From contig NC_134025.1 of NCBI RefSeq assembly GCF_964204645.1, positions 26,578,299 through 26,642,298 on the forward strand: a stretch of 64,000 bases of DNA, given 5' to 3'. Source of the stretch: Tubulanus polymorphus (lineage: Eukaryota; Animalia; Nemertea). The notes under the pieces are model-generated. The model had not been told where the DNA came from, searched no databases, and saw only the letters and a program-made list of their open reading frames with translations. A program made the position numbers and the translations under genes. Positions 59,738-64,000 of the stretch are shown here, piece by piece (the first letter of the stretch is position 1; each line of letters starts with the position of its first letter).

Positions 59738-60178
59738 ATGGCAACCGAAAAGAAGATCCGGATGTATTCAGAAGATCGTGAAGAACAAAGTTTTACGCAG
59801 GTTATACCATTGAATTTATTAACCACAGAAAATCAACGTGATTTAATGACCGCTGATAGAGATTCAATCGAAATTCTACAACGATTATGCACTGAAACTA
59901 GTATTGATATTTACACATATTTCAAAGTTGATTGTAATCGAGAGATAAATACTCCGTATTCGGTACTGCCTTGTGGGCATCATATTCATGGAATTTGTAA
60001 AGAACAACTTCATAATCCGGATGAAAATAAACTTTTACCGGCCATCGTTCAGTGTCGGGAAGACACCGCTATTCCTCAACTTGCGTTTAAAAAGAAAGAG
60101 AAAACGTCGTCTCAATTATTACAGCTTCCAGAATCCCAAAAACAACTTGTCTATAAATGGTGGCCATCAATGAAAAAG
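59738..60178 (+). CDS. Uncharacterised; candidate alternative N-terminal module 4
   Basis: 147 codons from ATG to a phase-0 AAG|GTAGCG donor. Confidence 0.6.
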
Positions 60179-61758
60179 GTAGCGGTATGTATCTATTAAG
60201 GTTGCTTTAGTTTTTATGAGTATTTAGTCTCGGAGCACATTTAAGTTAGGCCAAATTAATTTCTAAGCGATTTGAATTGAATGGTTACTTGGAATTCAAA
60301 CAGATTATAACAGAAATAATCATGTGAGTTTAGGCGTATGATATCAATAAGGTATAACCAGTGAGATCTTGAAATTCTGTCAAACACTCTTACAGTTTTG
60401 TAGCGAGACAATTTTCTCCTTTATTTGACTCATTTTCCTTTCATTTCTATTACAATCTGCAAGTAGCGTTTAGTAAGAAAAGAATCATTGCATTGTCAGG
60501 TTTACAGGTGAAATCCTTTCACTTTAAACATTTCCCAATAACCTGTTTATGGTTGTCGTTGCACTGCATGACAGAACTGTCATTCATTTCAGTGTCAATA
60601 AAACCAAAAGCCTTTTTTCTAGTGTGTAAAAGGAATTTTTATTTGCGACACGGCAAAGTTTCGAGATCTCCAAATTTGTGAATAAATGTTGAAATGACTA
60701 TATAGGTCATTCTTAAGAATACAAAAACAAGTACGATCAACCTGAAAAACCATTCCAAATATTTCGACAAAATCTATTCTATGCTACGACCACAACTTGA
60801 AATCACTTAGTTTATCTGTATTTAGGATTACTGGCATCTCTGTTTTCCACTCGGTCAATGTCTAACAAAGAAATCATTTACGCTTTGGTGAAGATCAATT
60901 GTAGAAACCGAGGAAAACTACTGAATCATATAAATTGACAGGTCAATTTATGAATTGATACATAAATGTTACATAGGTGTCGTAGATGTAATTGTTACAG
61001 AGGTGAACTGTGTGTTAAACATTTCGACGATACATCAAGTGTTCACCACAATGACATCAATGTATATATATATTACTTTTAGAGGTGTTCAATAACGCAG
61101 GTCTACATATTTCCTGATGATATGTCAATTTTTGTAACATTTCCTCGATCTGGTTGCGGTAAGGTTAAGCAAATATGTTATAATATCGAAAAATTAGCCA
61201 CATTTTCTCTAGCTCAGCAATTACAGGTAGAATTGTTGCCTGGAAACTGCGGTGTAATGTTTTATGGCCAGTCGTTAGTTTTATTTGCTTTTATTTTACG
61301 TTTATTAATTATGTGGCTGTTTAATTGTGTGTACACGTGACTGTGGTAGTTGTCTGATATTGCTAGCGCTTGGTTAATCACCGAATGAAGTAGGGATAAT
61401 GGATAGATCATGTTTTCTAGACAGACATCATTGATGTGCCCGTCTATATCAAACGCGATTTATGATGCATGCGCATGCCAGGACTGCATCATCTCGCCCG
61501 CGGTTATTCTATTTCAAAAATCATTCATAAATCAATCAAAGATATTCCGTCAGAATTAAAAAAAAGGTTTAATTATGTATGGCTAGAAGGCTTGGAAGAG
61601 TCAACAAAAAATGTCAGTGGGATGCATTGAACAAAAGAGCTGGAACTTGTTGAAATGAGGAATACCTTTCGTCGTTGCGTTTGTATTCGTGAATATTTGA
61701 CTATAGTTTTTCATTTCTATCAATAACGTAAAATAATTTCTTTCCACGTGTTTTTCAG

Positions 61759-63673
61759 ACACAGAACCCAGTTCCTTATTTGTCGTTCATCAATAATCCG
61801 ACATTTTTCGATCGGGGAATTCACAGTGAAGGGGTACGTAGTTGAATAATCTTGATCAAGTGGAATGCATGTTTCAATCAACGTTACTTTGATTTAGAGA
61901 CCTATCAGTATTTTCCTCCTAGCTATGATTTTTCATTTTCCTTGTCATTCTCCTTCTATGTAATTAGTGTAACGCAAGCTTTGTTTCGTCAAGTAGACTC
62001 TGCCTGGTAAATTGGTGCCTTGTAAATTGGTAAATTTTAAACAGCACCCAATAAGGCCGAGTCTACTGTATCCTTTTAAAGCTTGACTGAAGCAGTTACT
62101 TTATATGGAGCTCTGCCTTTATACATATATCATATATATTTTTTGTGTGTAGGACCTTTTAGATCGGTCAGCTCCACCTATTGACCATTATTGTGATCGA
62201 TTTATTCCACCTATTGAACCCTGTGAACGCTTCCTTTCCCATATGCACCTATTTGATCACTCTGCTCCAAATAAAGACGAATTACGTAAGCAGGTAAGAT
62301 ATGATCATTCAAATACTTAGCATTTTAAATCATTGAAACAGCAATTTGCCTCTTCACTTCTTGAGACATTTAGCTACTAAGCTACCTTACCTTTTATATC
62401 TCAGTATCTCAATGGGTCTGCTCCAGAGAAATTTGCAATTGCGTGTCATATAAGGCATTAATTATTTAGATGTACAAGATTGAATTGGGCTTTTTTTCAT
62501 ACGCATGCTGGATTACTATCAATTATGGACCTTATTCCAAGATCATTAAAAATTTCAAAAATTATCATCACATTTCAGGTAAAAATCTGTATAATTTCAT
62601 TTTCTTCGATGTAATTTTTCATCATGAATGAATATTTTCTTTTTGTAAGAAACAAGAAGCGAATACGAAAAGAAAAGCCGCTTCATCATTACGCATAGAA
62701 CCGAAGAAAGAACCCACAAAACGTGTCCTACCTTTACCTGCTTCACTTAGAAAACCAAAACGTACGTCAAATTTAGATTCGATTTCCAATTATCAATGAT
62801 AATCTCTATCATTTCTCATTGTCGTAACTGTTTATTCGTAGCTCTTAAGAAGAGGGAAGAAGTAGTACTACAAGAACCTCATGCTAAGTCACCCAGTCCC
62901 CCACTACCCGAACCTGATCTTACGGAAGGTAAATATGATTAAAACCGCAAATCGAAAATCAAGTTGAAAAGCGATGTTTCAATCTAAATGTGGTTATATA
63001 TTCTCAGCTTTGAGGGCAGATTTTCTGAAAAGATTCGGTAATGATGGTATTCAATTTACGGAAAATTCAAACGTAACATTTCAAAGTTATTGCCGTGCAC
63101 GCACTAGTGTCTCATTGCCCGAACAACCTGCTCCTAAAGGTAAGTCAGTGATTGCTTCTTCAAACGGTATCTAACGATTTGATCGTATGATCGGTTACAT
63201 TGTATAGAAAAGAGTTGCATGCATTACCGATATGTTAAGCATACATTTGATCGTTTCCAATTTATTATGAACTCTTTAGGGAAGCGCAAACTTAAATCAA
63301 GTGAGTTTCTCTTTCATGCATGTCTCAGACCTACTGTTTAGTTATAGTTAGTAGGAACGATGTTTTTGCATGCCACCAGTTTACATCAGTCCCATCTTTT
63401 ATTTATTACTTTCTCATTTATATCTCGCGTAAGGATAAGTTTTCTTTGATAGTTTTTGAGAACTTTTGGGCGCAGTAATATGAAATACATTTAATTTCTC
63501 CTGATATTCTAAGGCTCTGTCGAAGTCAAATGCATAATATTTTTGATGACAAATTTCCAGATTTCACCCTGCCAGTTACTTCGGTTACATCCTCCGTAAC
63601 TGATAAACTAATCAGACAACAACAGCAAAACCAGAAGCCTTTGTCACCATTATATATCCACGAAGATTGTTTG
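61759..63673 (+). CDS. Uncharacterised multi-exon coding chain, probably continuing beyond the window
   Basis: Exons 61759-61833, 62153-62293, 62650-62761, 62842-62928, 63008-63139, 63280-63300 (21-nt microexon), 63561-63673 splice GT-AG into one open frame beginning at phase 0 (TQNPVPYLSF...DLLDRSAPPIDHYC...). Confidence 0.75.
61990..62070. mobile_element. Short MITE-like element
   Basis: AGTAGACTCTGCCT ... AGGCCGAGTCTACT inverted ends. Confidence 0.5.
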
Positions 63674-64000
63674 GTAAGTCGCACAAATCTATTAATTGAT
63701 AATCACTAACTTTTCTGAAAATATTTAGCTTCTTTAAAGTATATATTTATATATGTATGTATATTCTATATTCATTTAGATTGGCTTTTATTATCAAATT
63801 TTAAATGCTTTTATTACAACCGATGATTAATCAGGAAAATGGCAAGAAGGTTGAGATTTCACTCAGATAATCTGAATGACTGTTTAGTGATAACGAAGCC
63901 AGTTACTGAGGGTCTAGTCCGGGTATATATATACATGTCTTCATTTTTTGCACACGATACACAAAAAATCTTTTAATCATTATGCAAAAGTTTTCGAAAG

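Noticed and set aside
60826-60890. Candidate phase-0 exon between module 4 and the common chain
   Set aside because: Reaches a stop codon without a phase-compatible donor.

Overview
AT-rich, intron-containing animal genomic DNA; a marine invertebrate (probably lophotrochozoan) is inferred from gene content. Most genes were reconstructed by hand-splicing because the ORF track misses or fragments them. Order: (-) secreted protein built from alternating phase-1 exon-domains, running off the left edge; (+) PP1-beta; (-) Ly6/three-finger GPI-type protein; (-) tandemly triplicated Shisa-like/PPxY gene (one intact copy, two decayed); (+) insulin-like peptide; (-) Notum with an upstream TCF/LEF motif cluster; (+) A20/TNFAIP3-like gene with a kappaB cluster; (-) CCR4/nocturnin/Angel/PDE12-like EEP hydrolase with a long disordered N-terminus and two tandem alternative catalytic last exons; (+) PIG3/TP53I3-like quinone oxidoreductase; (+) uncharacterised gene with four candidate alternative N-terminal coding modules, all in phase with one common exon chain, running off the right edge. 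Many MITEs, microsatellites and a decayed retroelement fragment are present. Exon boundaries are manual predictions without transcript support.
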